Assembly: GCA_951406725.2 (NCBI GenBank)
Contig: OX597824.1
Coordinates: 99,696,001-99,760,000, forward strand
From: Octopus vulgaris
Taxonomy: Eukaryota
Direction: 5' to 3'
DNA: 64,000 nucleotides
A program made the position numbers and the translations under genes. The notes below the pieces were generated by a model. That model was not told the origin of the DNA. It saw nothing but the letters and a program-made list of their open reading frames with translations, and made no database searches. Every line of letters begins with the position of its first letter. Position 1 is the first letter of the stretch. Positions 13,779-26,010 of this stretch are shown here, in pieces.

Positions 13779-13886
13779 ATGGGTGGTGATTTCATCATTG
13801 ACCAAACTGGTAAAATCTTGTTTACCTATCGCAGTCAGACTCCAAGTGATCGACCTTCTGCTGAGCAAATTTTAGGAACCTTAAAG
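13779..13886 (+). CDS. SELENOL: Selenoprotein L exon
   Basis: ttcttgctag|...AAG|gtcagt; MGGDFIIDQTGKILFTYRSQTPSDRPSAEQILGTLK completes the Q-(L/M)GGDF...DRP motif of the SelL/PRXL2-like family. Confidence 0.9.
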
Positions 13887-14692
13887 GTCAGTAAACCTCA
13901 TTGCTGTTGACAACCTTTGAATCATTATAAATTTTTGAGATTATTAAAAATTTGATATTGTTGCCATGGTGACAATATTTAGAGAAGGAAATACTCAATA
14001 TTGAAACTATTTTTTCTGTATTAAAACAGTGGAGAAGTTTATTACCTTTGCTATGGAAAAGTAGTACTTGATGGAATCGACCAACAGTTGTTTTTTTATC
14101 AACCAATAACATAATACCAAAATCTTTTCTTATTCATTAATCACACATGGGTGCAGTGATGGGTGAGATTGCTCTCAAGAGTCAAGGGAACTGAGGAGTG
14201 TAGAATGAAACAACCTACCCAGACACACAATACTGCTTGCATTTTAAACTCAAGATTGTCACCTTGGGCAAGTGTCTTTTGTTATGGATCTGGGCTGACC
14301 AAAGCCTTTGTGAATGGGTATGGTAGATGGAAACTGAAAGAAATCTATTATGTGTATGTATCCTTGTCTTGATGTCACATGATGGTCCTAAATGAGTATC
14401 TCACCATTATACAAATGATATCATTTTCACTTTTCAAATAACTTGTCTGGACATGAGGAAATACTCAGTGCTTGGAAACAAGTGAGGGTTGGTGTCAGGA
14501 AGGGCACCTGGCTGTTGAATATTCACCTAAACAAATTTCATTTAGCTAAAGCAAAAAATGGAAAAGCAGACATTACCCTTTAATACTGCAAGTTACCATT
14601 CCCTCTTCCCAATGGGGGAATTCATTACCACTGCCCATTTTTAAAACCACCATCACTTATGCTCTCACCAACAAACTGTCGGCTGCTGATAT

Positions 14693-14734
<42 letters not shown>

Positions 14735-17383
14735 ACACCCTGTCATTACTGCTCCATCATCATCATCACTCCTTCTTTACTATTTCCTCTTCTACACTAT
14801 TATCCCAATTATATTCTCTCATTTCAGTTTGTCTTCTACAATCACTTTTTCTTCTAGCTATTACTAATTAAGAGATGTCCATTGATTTGAATCTGATGAT
14901 CTATTCTGGTACCGTTTAGTTTCTCCCCATATGGAATCCTTCAGAAACAACAAAAAAGATGAATCTGACAGAATAATCTATATTTGAGTGATTTTTCTCC
15001 TGTTTCGATACTCAAACACATCCACCCACACATAATTTAGCAGATGTGTGTATGTACATACACACATCTTTTATGTGTTTGTTGGGGAGGATTATTGTAA
15101 ACATGGCTATTCTCCAGTTTTTACTTTCCTTTTAAATAATCCATGTTTTGTCTGGAACAATAAATTTCTGGTGTTTGTTGTTATTAATAAGATTTCACAG
15201 AATACTAGTCGTTACCTATTGCTATGCTGCTGAATAACAACCTCGTCAAGACAAAATAGATCTTTCAACAGAAACCTACTATAATGATCACATTGATAGA
15301 CTCAACAACAGCCTTTTTGAAGCAAATTTAAGTTCTATCTTTCACACACACACACTCTCTCTCTCTACCCGAATATTGTTCCCTTTCTCTGCAATTTGGT
15401 TTCTTGTGTTATAGTGGTACAGTTGTAGCTAACATTTACAGCTCAGTCACTGAGAGTGTCTTGTATCTTTTAAGTCTAAAGAAACAATAAGTCATGAGCT
15501 TTATAAATATTAGTAAATTGTATCCATCATTCTTTGGCAGTTTATTGACTTGCAGTGCCTTGCTGATTTTTAAAAGTTCATACTTTATATATCATTATTA
15601 ATGATAATTTACAATGGAATTCTGTTTGGTGAGCTATTTTTATAGTTAGGATTGATTTAGTTCATCTAATACACTAAATGTGTTTAAAAGAAGTATTAAG
15701 GTCTCTTTGTTGTTTAATTTTCTAGTTAGAGTTAAATTATTCAGTGATTGAAAGTATTTGATTATTAACTAATGTCTGTTTTTGCCTATTAATTAATTTC
15801 TTTCAAGCATAAATTGTGTGTGTGTGTATTATATAATTGGGATTTAACCGTTGTGTTGATAATGATCATCTTCATGTATGTAGATTAGTATTTTAGTGTT
15901 ACATTGACTGAATAAGTAAGATTTTAAAGTGTATAAGAGATATCTCTTAAGCTTCCAGTGACTGTATCAACTTGTTTTTTGTGTATCTGTCACAAAGAAG
16001 CTGTCATCTACATAATTCATATAAATGGTATGATTGAGTATGATTTCTCCATTGATCATGTCCTGAATGTAGACCCAAGTGGCTACTGTTTTGTGGTAGA
16101 CAGAAGATAATAGTTTCCTCATTTGCTGCTTTAGCAGAAAGATTCTATATGAGATGTTTGTAAGCATTCTTCAATATTATTACAACTGTTTCCTTCAAAG
16201 GGCTGTTAATGGAGAGGAGAATCTTTCTAAATTAAATGCAGAGATGTTGAATATTTGCCTTCTTTGAAAATCTGTAAGATTTCATTTACTGAAAGTGTAG
16301 TAAGCCCCCCCCCCTCTTCAACCTTTTCTCTCTTCATCTCTTTCTCTTGAGTTTCAACAGTTCCAAAGAAGATACTCTTTATTGAAAATGCCAAAACACT
16401 CGTACGTACAGGCACATAGAAAACACTGTAGATATAAAAATAACAAATATGAAGTCAGACAACTTGTGTGTGTTTGTGTGTAATGCACGGACACATGAAT
16501 GAGGTCTTTTCTCATTTGAATTCAGCTTGCAAGCTTTGATTGTTTTTTTTCTCTTTTTAATGGAGTCAATGTGTAGAAATGTAGATTAATACTGAATACA
16601 TTTGTGATTCTGTTTATGCACAAATGCCCACCTTGAGAGTCTCATAATACATTCACAAGAGACACTAGTGTGTTTTGTGAAATAATGTCTAAATTATTGC
16701 ACTTTCCATCGATGTGTCTTTAAGCTCTTACATTGATCTAAGTGAAACAGAAACAGCCTGTCACTCAATCGGAGTGAAACATCAATATTTCACCAAAATC
16801 ATCCCTCTTTTACCAATCAGCTCTTTGATATTGCAACATTTAGGAACTACATTGATAAAATGAAACATTAAGTCTAAATAGATAATCTTGATCACCAACT
16901 TGACATGGAAGCTGCATTGGAATACAGAATTCTGCTTTATTTACCTTGAGAGTATCTCCCATCAGGACTCATGGTGTATAAAAGTACTCGTAATGATATT
17001 GCTGACCGACAAGAATCGTCTGCTATGACTGCTGGAACTGCCCAATCACCTCATTTCATCCTGCTTTTGGTTCCTCAGTGACAAATGTCCAGCAGCACCA
17101 ATATCAGCCAAATTTCTTGTCAACAATTTCGGTGTCTATTCAGGCACGTCACTGAGGAACCCGTATTAGGGGGAAATCACAGGATCTTGCAGTTCTGGGG
17201 GCTGTAACAAGTGCTTCAATATACCACGAGTCCATATGAAAGGTCATCTCAAAGTTAACACAGTATTCCATCTTTTAACACAAAATCCATTTTAAGTTGG
17301 AAATCTAGATTTCTTTTTGGTATTAATCCTGCTTTGGTAGCCATTAATTACTTATTAAGTCTAAATATTTTATGATATTTCAG

Positions 17384-17398
17384 AATTTTCCTGTGTAA
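17384..17398 (+). CDS. SELENOL: Selenoprotein L terminal coding segment (NFPV-stop) at the start of the 3'-UTR exon
   Basis: Acceptor atatttcag|AAT TTT CCT GTG TAA, followed directly by the SECIS; AATAAA at 17901-17906. Confidence 0.7.
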   Translation, partial: NFPV

Positions 17399-17404
17399 AA
17401 CGAA

Positions 17405-17478
17405 GCATGTGGTATCTATGAAGGCCCCAGATGAAAGCAGTAACATTGAAACCTTGGGCTGGAAATCTCAACGCATGT
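17405..17478 (+). promoter_or_regulatory. SECIS element (eukaryotic type 2) in the SELENOL 3' UTR
   Basis: Helix I GCATGTG/CGCATGT; core ATGA (17418-21) opposite GGAA (17461-64); helix II GGCCC-AG/CT-GGGCT; AAA (17434-36) 12 nt after ATGA; apical mini-stem CAGT/ATTG. Confidence 0.85.
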
Positions 17479-17644
17479 CTTGAAGTTGATCATTGTTAAT
17501 TTGTTTATTATATACATTAACAACTATATTTGTAATTATTTTTACCGGATGTTAACATCATGACCATCATCAATGGTAACACTATCGATTTTGATAATAC
17601 AGATGTCTTTTATTTCTAAATGAATTCCTGAATGCACATAGAAG

Positions 17645-17829
17645 CAGGGGTGGACTGAGCTGTTGGTCAATTGGGCACTGCCTGAGGGCCCGCACTCTAC
17701 ATGTTAACTCTCTTTGATATCAATGCTAAGGGCTCCACATTCTACTTGTTAACTCTCTTTGATATCAATGCTAAGGGGCTTGGTGAACAGTTATGCCTGA
17801 GGACCCTTATTACTCTCAGTCTGCCACTG
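17645..17829. mobile_element. hAT-like MITE in the SELENOL 3' UTR, with an internal ~45-bp tandem duplication
   Basis: TIR CAGGGGTGGACTGAG / CTCAGTCTGCCACTG; imperfect 8-bp flanks CATAGAAG / CATAAAGG. Confidence 0.5.
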
Positions 17830-19251
17830 CATAAAGGGCTGCTAACTACAACTGCTACATTTAGTCCTTCAAATTTTTATTTTTTTAATTTGCTTGTTTT
17901 AATAAAAGTTTATTACATTCATGAAAAATTAAGGTAGTGTTTAAAAGTAAATATTTTTGTTGTTGTTTATAAGTGTGTGTGTGTGTGCACATGAGCAGTG
18001 ACAGAGTGTATAACTAAGAAATATCTCCATAAACAGTTTGGTTCAATTTCAAATTCCGCAGTTTTAACCAATAGAATATAGGACTTAAGTAGAGTCACCT
18101 TCTTCCAACAGCTGTCATCAGCATCACCATGTGGGTTGTTTGACCTTAAATCTCTTTCAAAATAAAGTGCACCATCTTAAAAAGGGAATGTCACAAATGA
18201 CAGGGTAGGCAAAGCCAGAACAACTTCGAAAATAAGTCTGTTCTATCTCAGCTGACCTAGTGCTAAGCAATTGCAACACTATAAGCCTCCTGTCCTTCTG
18301 AGATTGATTAAATAAAGAACGGGGGGGGGAGGGTTATACTGGGGGTTGAAGTAACGAAACATATGACATTACTAACAGACAGACAAGTCTGTTAATAACA
18401 TATTTCTGTTATCATATTTCATGTAGGAAGCATTAAGAAATCTAGAAATAATTGTATCTCAGTATTTCACTCCATAAACATGTTTTGGATTCAGTCCCAC
18501 TGCACAACACCTAGAGCAAGAGTCTTATAACCCTGGGGTGGGGGTCAACCAAAGCTTTGTGAATGGGTTTTGTAGAAACTGAGAAAAACAGAAATATATA
18601 CATGTGTGTGAGTGTGTGTGTGTTCTCTTGGTGACATTTATCTGTGTGTGAAAAGATGTCTAATCAATTGAAACATTATCTTACTTGAAAACAGGTGAAA
18701 GTTGGTGACAGGAAGTGCATCTAGATAGAGAAAATCTGTCCCAAATTTGGTCTAACTCCTGCCATCACATAAAAGAAGATGTTAAAAGGGTGTTTTCCTC
18801 AGTGAAATGACTGCACCACACTTGCCAAAACAGGAGTTAGAAAATCCTTAATAATTACCCATTAAGTAATGTTTGTGTCAAATTTTGGCACAAGGCCAGC
18901 AATTTCAGTCTGTCTGTTTCAGCAGAGATAGGTATCCTATAGATTGCTGGTGCAGATTTTTTATGATGTTGTCAGTTAAGAAAATGTCTTTAACACTCTT
19001 GGCTAAGGTAGTGGCACACTGAATCATCACCTTCTTTCACTATGGAATCAATATTTTCCTGTTTAGTTAATGTATTCCCTTAAAATTCTAACTGAACATA
19101 ATATTGAGGACTTTGAGAAGATTATATAATTTGTGCTGTGATGTCTTCTGTAAACCAACAAGCATAGAGGAGAAGTCTGCAAACTACTGGAAATTGTGCA
19201 TTTGTATGAAGAATACAGAAGGCTGTTGACATTATGATAAACAATTTTTTT

Positions 19252-19680
19252 TCATCATCATCCGCTTTCCATACTGGCATGGGCTGGACGATTTGACTGA
19301 GGACTGGCTAACCAGATGGCTGCACCAAGTTCCAATCTGATCTGGCAGACTTTCTACAGCTGGATGCCCTTCCTAACACCAACCACTCCAAGAGTGTAGT
19401 GGGTGCTTTTATGTGCCACTGGCACGAGGGCCAGTCAGGCGGTACTGGTAACGATCATGCTCAAATGGTGTTTTTTACGTGCCACCTGCACAGGAGCCAG
19501 TCCAGCAGCACTGGCAATGACCTCACTCAAATATTTTTTCATGTGCCAATAAAGCGACACTGGTAATGATCATGCTCGAACGGTGCTTTTACGTGCTACC
19601 CAATTGGAAGCCAGTCAGCTGCTCTGGCAACTCGCTTGGATGATGCTCTCAGCGCTCCACTAGCATGGATGCCTGTCATT
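19252..19680 (-). mobile_element. RTE 3'-UTR repeat
   Basis: Near-identical to 11505-11900 and 48136-48550. Confidence 0.8.
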
Positions 19681-20936
19681 GCTATAACTGACAAAATGTT
19701 GAGAGAGTTTGAATGTTGTTCTAAAAGAACTGCAGCAATTGTCAAGAAGTTTGCTGGTTGTTGTGTTGCTGTCACCAATTATTCATTGTGGTTGTTGTCA
19801 GCTTGGGTCAGCAGCTCTCCTTGTCTTTTTGCTGTCTCTCAATGCTCTCTGTCAAGAAGTCAAGGTGCACTGAATTTATACTGATGGTTAAGCTCAGCAA
19901 GAAGCATTCCAAAAGATAAAATCCTTGCTGGAGCCTTTTCTACACGAAGTCATGATTGGTCAGTCAGATTTTGTTGATCATGTGGGTAATATTCTCACAA
20001 ATTGTGACACTGGGTGATCTGACTGCTGAATATGCCCACTGCATAACTCTCCTGTCACCGAAATTTCCTTTCACAATGAATTGAACAAAATGAGATTAGT
20101 GCAGGTACTGCAGATGTGAAATGCATAAAGGAATGTGTATTAGAAGAGGGGAACTGCAAGACTAAAAATGCTGGTTAAATGTTAGTAATATTGCAAAAAC
20201 ACTTGGAAAGAAGTTTGAAGAGAACACATGTATGTGTGTGAACCAGATGAGTGCAGCTAATTGTGCAACTGAGTGAATGAGTGAGTGACTCATAAATAGT
20301 CATATACATGGACACCACTGAGTTAGTGTCATATCTACCAGTGGATCAGTAGTTGCATTTGAATAGGTGTATTTGCACATGAATATCAGTGGATTGCCAT
20401 TGTGAACCTATTCAGCATTTCCTGAGCTTAGAAACATAAGCAGCCGAAGTAAAGTTGCATCGTCTATCCGTTTTATGTATACTGCTGGCAGTAAGTGTGT
20501 TTGCAAAGTGTTCACGTGCATGTTGTGCAAGTGATGGGTGCTTGTGTGAATGTCAAATGTATGTTATGTAAATGTCTTCAGATGTATGCTTGTATGAACA
20601 GAAAGAAGGAGAAAGCAGCAGGACAAAAAAACATAATAAACTAGCTTTTCTTACTGTACTGGAGAAAACATGTCGACTTATCTCATTCCTGTCATTGGAG
20701 AGCAGACAGAAGCATCAGTGGAAGAATGAGTTGATATTGTTTGTTCAAATGGCAAGGCTGATGTTAAAGATTCAAGATGAACCAGCTGCAGGCATTCAAT
20801 GCCGATGGAGTCTTTTTTGAGGACAAGCAACAAAGAAAACAAGACAAATAAGAATCTATTGGGTATGTTGGTTGATATTGACAATGCTACCAGTAGCATG
20901 GCCACTGGCACCTTGGCAGTGTTGCTGAAAACATTT

Positions 20937-21201
20937 GGATCTTTTCCTTTTGAAGGCCAGATTTCAACACAATTTCTAGTTAACTAAACACTTTAAAACT
21001 TCGTATACTGGTAGAATGTGTGAAAATAAAACATTTTTTTCTCTTGGCTTTCTTGAGAAAATTGTAATTTGTTTGTTTAACGTAGTTTAATTTTTCGAAT
21101 TTTAACCAATCCTATGCTCTCTTTTGAGCTAATACAAAGTTTAAAAGTGTTTAGTTAACTAGAAATTGTGTTCAAATCTGGCTTTCAAAAGGAAAAGATC
21201 C
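20937..21201. mobile_element. Merlin-type MITE (265 bp)
   Basis: ~65-bp TIRs starting GGATCTTTTCCTTTTGAA; perfect 8-bp TSD AAACATTT (20929-36 / 21202-09). Confidence 0.8.
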
Positions 21202-22379
21202 AAACATTTGATGTGCTGAGAAGTGTGTTTGATATATGATCACCAGTGTTACGACAACTGAGATAGTGATCACACAACAAGGCTATAAATGGTAGGGAAA
21301 TGTCGATTTTCTCAGAAATGTATTGGTGTTCTTCATGTGAACTTGCAAAGTATTCTTAAGCAGTGTAGCTGCAATGTCCTACAGACAGTCATTGGTAAGT
21401 TGTCTCTAAACGGCATCATATGCTTCCTTCAGGGTTGGCTGTGAAAATGTTCTTTAAATATTTGGGTTACCAACTTGTTACTAGTGTTGAGTGCTATTTC
21501 TAGCATCAGAAGTCACCCGTTGTACAAAGAAGATGGAAATCTATTTGGATTTTTGATAAACAATTTTTTTTTTCATACACTAAAAGCAAAAAACTCATTT
21601 ACTGCAAATCACAAAATGTTATGGTTGTTTGAACACTTCTCGGTGTAATTGTAGTAGTGGTCAAAAAGTTAGCTGCTGAATATTGTTACTGATCATTCAT
21701 TGTGGTTGTTACCAGCATGGGTCAGCTGTCCACATCTGTTTGCCATCTTGTTGTCTCTCAACGGTCTCTCCAAGCTTTCTGTCAAGTAATCAAGGTACAC
21801 TGATGGTTAGGCTCAGAAAGAAGCATATCAAACGATGAAATCCTTGCTAGAACCTTTACCACATGAAATCATTATCAGTTAGATTTTGTTGATCACATTC
21901 TCACAAATTGTGACATTGGGGTAGTGAACTGATTGCTGAATATTCCCACTTTGCATCACAAGGGATCACCAACTTGTGACAAAAAATAAAGTATGAAACT
22001 CAGAGTTCCCCAGTGACCCAACAGGTCACAGATAATCTAGTAATATATTAAGTCAGAATGAATCATGCCTACTTGCTTGTAATGTTACTCAGACAAACTG
22101 GCGCATAATGGGAAAATACTATGAATTATGCCCCTGAAATGTAAATACGAGCAGAATGAAACAAATTTCGCGTAAATTGGATAAGTGGTTGTGAAGATAG
22201 TAAGGGTTTCCGGAGTATAAATACCCAAAACGGTACATAATGGTAAAAGTCTCCGATATTAACTTGATCCTGGAAGGGAAGCAACTCATCCCTTTCGATT
22301 ATACAATGACTTGATAACAAAAAATGTTTCTATTTTCGCTTTTCTGAAATATAATATTTTAAATAATAATGAAATTATT

Positions 22380-22740
22380 GTATACAGTGCTCAGGTGCAC
22401 CACAACTTGTCAGAGTCAGATACATGCTTGCATGTGTATGGAGGGAAGAAAATCAGGTGTAGTGTTGGCGAATCTCAGGAAGCATGGAAGTTTTGAAGGA
22501 TGCAGTGCTCCGGCAACTAACAACTGATGCCGGCAGTTTGTTCCATACTTGAGCAACTCTTAGCGTGAAAAAATGTTTCCTAAAGTCATGGGAGCTGTGC
22601 TGTTTTCTGACTTTGTAAACATGTCCATGGGTGTTAGACAGGTGTTGTTTGAAAAGGTGCTCAGAGTTATTATTTGTAAGATGGTTAATAATTTTATAGG
22701 TGTCTGCCAAGTCAGCTGCCAGACATCGGGGTTTCAATGT
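22380..22740 (-). mobile_element. CR1/L2-group LINE 3' end
   Basis: DL..TYKII...HGH.YK......RKHFFTLRV..VWNKLP..VV, the typical CR1 ORF2 C-terminus. Confidence 0.8.
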
Positions 22741-23571
22741 ATCATTTAGAAATATTTTTAAGTGAATGGGATTTCAAAAATGTGAGTTGTTTATACAATA
22801 AGTATTAATATTTTAGCTTTCTTTAAACTGACAATATTTTAATGGTTTTTAAAATTATTTTCAAGTGAATACCATTACAAAAATTCTTTTTGGCATAAAT
22901 ATTTCGTAAAAGATCCGGGGATTTATTCCATCTCAATCACAGATCTTAAAATTAATTTTTAAGATACGTTCGTAACCTCAGTGTGAAATAACTTTTTTCT
23001 GTATGCTTATTTCGAGTACATTCAACATATCTCACTTCCAAAGATTTGGTTGCTATTTCCAGCACTCCCTGCTACCATGTAACAGCTATTTGCGATAAAG
23101 GACCCGAAATGCCTGTTACGTGGTAGCAGGGCGTGCAAGAAATAGCAGCCAAATATTTCCTTTTTCTGGGGAAAGGAACTGCTTACGCTTGATTTTGATG
23201 TCACGTCCGTTGAAAGCATGCAAAATAACATGGAAAAGGAAAAAAAAAAAACACGAAACAAAACTCTGTTGCTGGGAAACTCGGACTTTCCCGGTGACCC
23301 AACGGGCCACTAGTAGTCTAGTTCACTATAAATGGCATGCGCTAGTCTCGAACCTCGGCCCGCGATGTTTACATTTTATATCACCTTAGAATGCATCGGG
23401 TTCTACAATATCCAGTGTGCCTTTCCCTTTTTTAAGACTGTATGGTGTGATTTGAGGGAGATCTAACTGCTATTTCTACCATGTTGATCTTTGTTATTGT
23501 TTACGTTACCAAGGAAACGCTTTTATTGATTACATTACTGTTGCTAGGTTACCCAATCTATTAATTCAAAC

Positions 23572-23847
23572 ATGGCTGACGAAGGTGACTTGAAGCAGTC
23601 TTCTTGTGAAGCAGAGACACTGCAACACGGAGCTGATAACGACAAAACATGGTCCATAAATAGAACAGAAACTAGCAGTAGTGTAGGAGGACAAGGGATC
23701 GAATCTGATGACAGATTAATACAGATGTCGAGCAATGATAGCGCTGCTAAATCAACTTACGTCCGCAACACCGTTCCCACGACAGAAAATCCGTTTGAAA
23801 AAGCCAACAGATATTTATATAAGCATAATTTGTTCTCGCTTTTTCAG
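23572..23847 (+). CDS. TEX55-like protein (C-terminal RIIa/DPY-30-type dimerisation-docking domain), coding exon 1
   Basis: ATG in good context (aacATGg), preceded by an acceptor at 23547; low-complexity N-terminus, then NPFEKANRYLYKHNLFSLFQ|gtgagg. Confidence 0.75.
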
Positions 23848-24339
23848 GTGAGGTGTTTTTCCCACCCCACCTCATTCTCTGTCTGTATTTCTGGCTTTTT
23901 AAAAATATTTCTGCAAGCGCGCCCACGCGTTTAATTGAGTGTTTAAGATGCTTGTTTCACAAAGTTAAGTTCAATTCTGGTGTAACATCTTATTTACCAT
24001 AGAATCAAGTCATGTCAATGAAACCGGGTCGATAGAAACCATGAATTGCATCCAAAAGATTTTACTTGTTAATGCAAAACCCTACTTTGCCATATGTTAA
24101 TTCTGTTTGTGTCTATGTTAGTCTGTGTGTGTCTTTGCATGTCTGTATATGTGTGTGGGTATTTTCTTTTTGCATTCATATTATTTCAAACACTCCCTAG
24201 AAAACAAATTATAAATGTAACTCTCCATTCTAGAATTTTACCAAATCCTAAATCTATCAAAATAGTTTTTGTTTATTACAAATAAAGCTTAACTGTCTTT
24301 ATTCTACAGAATAGCCTTGAACCAAAACTGTCAATGGAC

Positions 24340-25330
24340 CAATAACTTTTTGATGTTTATAATGCACCAATTTATGGATTCACTGAAAGGGGAATAGAAA
24401 GTGCCTGCTGGCATGGGGACATCGGGATAGGCTGTAGATTTGCTCATCCCAAATCCTATGTGAGCAATACTTGTTTCACTCACCTGAAGACCACGGAGAA
24501 TGGCCTCTAACAACACAGGGTCAGGGCAGAAGATGCAATGCCACCACCATGGGAATGTTTGGATGGCACATGCACTGCTCCTAAGAGGAAATAAACCGTG
24601 GATGTAGTCCAGACAGCAGCTGCTGAACAATGAGCTTTGCTGGAGGTTGCATAGAGGATTGTAAGGCAGCTGACATGGCTTCAATAGACAGCAAGTCTAA
24701 GAAACACATACCAGCACTTAAGACCACTTCAAACAATAAAGGATCCAGGACGGCTGCCTCTAACACACCTGTACATGTCAGGACAGTGGCCACTCCTGGC
24801 ACCCTGTATGTCACACCAGTATTCCTTCTGGACTGCAGGAGCCCTCATAATGTCTCACCAATGCAAAACCTAGTAAACGAGAGACTTAGTGACATGCAAT
24901 CAAGTATTATGCATGGCACTAACAGAAACACATCTGAACATGGACGTATCAGATGCTCAGATACACATACCGAAGTATGTAGTGTTTTGAACTGATAGGA
25001 GAGAAAGAACTCATGGTGGAGTAGCAATGTACACCTGGGAAGATGTCACGCCTGTGGTCCTACTGTCACACTCAAACTGATGGTACACTTTAAACAGATG
25101 AAAATAGTAATATGTACTACATATCGCCCACCAGATGCTCCAAACCATGGGGACTCATTTGAAGAGAGACCCCAGAAAATGAAAGAAGTATTAACCAACC
25201 TGGATAACAGCCTGCACACACTTCTGGAGGACTTCAGCCTCCCTAATGTTGAATGGCTTGAGGGCCACCTTCTCTCAGGTGTGTCATTATGGAATGAATA
25301 ATGCTCCACCCAACAGTCCAGTATTTGGAA
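24340..25330 (+). mobile_element. CR1/L2-group LINE 5' fragment (ORF1 Cys/His motif + APE endonuclease start) in the TEX55-like intron
   Basis: GCRFAHPK (ORF1), YRPPDAP and LLEDFSLPNVEW (degenerate GDFNLP). Confidence 0.6.
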
Positions 25331-25920
25331 CCTATCACATAATAACAAGTTCCACATTCTTTTGGAAGCAAGTAAACCTCATTGAGCTTATTCTTCTCTC
25401 CCTGACTTCTGCTGAAAATGAAAGCCATGAGGAGTGAAAGCTTTCCTCATTTCCACTCTGTAGTACACAGCCATGACATGATAAATCTTATATTGGTTTT
25501 AATGATGGAAATTCAGTTGTTCAATCAGCTGAACTTCTTCTTGATTGAATTATAGTGTTAGTGGTTGGGTACTAACACTTGTATCTTTTATGTAATACTC
25601 AGGAAGAATCATTTGACACGATGTATGACAAGCTAGCTTTGTTATACAACTACAACCAATCCATTGGTTCTCCAACAGTTTCCTTCTACACAATTTTACT
25701 CACAAAGCTTCCTCAAGTTATGGTTAAAGACACTGGTGTCACTTGATGATATCAATCAGCGAACCTGATGATTGTGAACTCCTAAACTGTGTGACCACGC
25801 ATGTACTCGTAGAACGTACACAATGCATATGTTAATAAATTGTGAGAAATGAATGATTACTTCAGTTTCCTTTAGCTGTTTTTGTATTAAATGAATTTTC
25901 TTTCTCTTTGTTCTATTCAG

Positions 25921-26010
25921 GAGTTGGTAATGAATGTGGCATACAAGCAACCTTCAGACTCCATCAGTTTTATGGTGAGTGAAATTGAAAAATTTCGAAA
26001 TCAGTCCTGA
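25921..26010 (+). CDS. TEX55-like protein, coding exon 2 (121 aa total)
   Basis: Strong polypyrimidine acceptor ...ttctattcag|; ELVMNVAYKQPSDSISFMVSEIEKFRNQS* completes the D/D pattern Y(L/M).KH.(L/I)..LFQ.L...(V/L).Y..P.D...FM; AATAAA at 26258-63. Confidence 0.75.
   Translation, partial: ELVMNVAYKQPSDSISFMVSEIEKFRNQS

Noticed and set aside
22126-22345. Possible minus-strand exon (CpG-containing, 64-aa ORF)
   Set aside because: No recognisable motif and no partner exons found.
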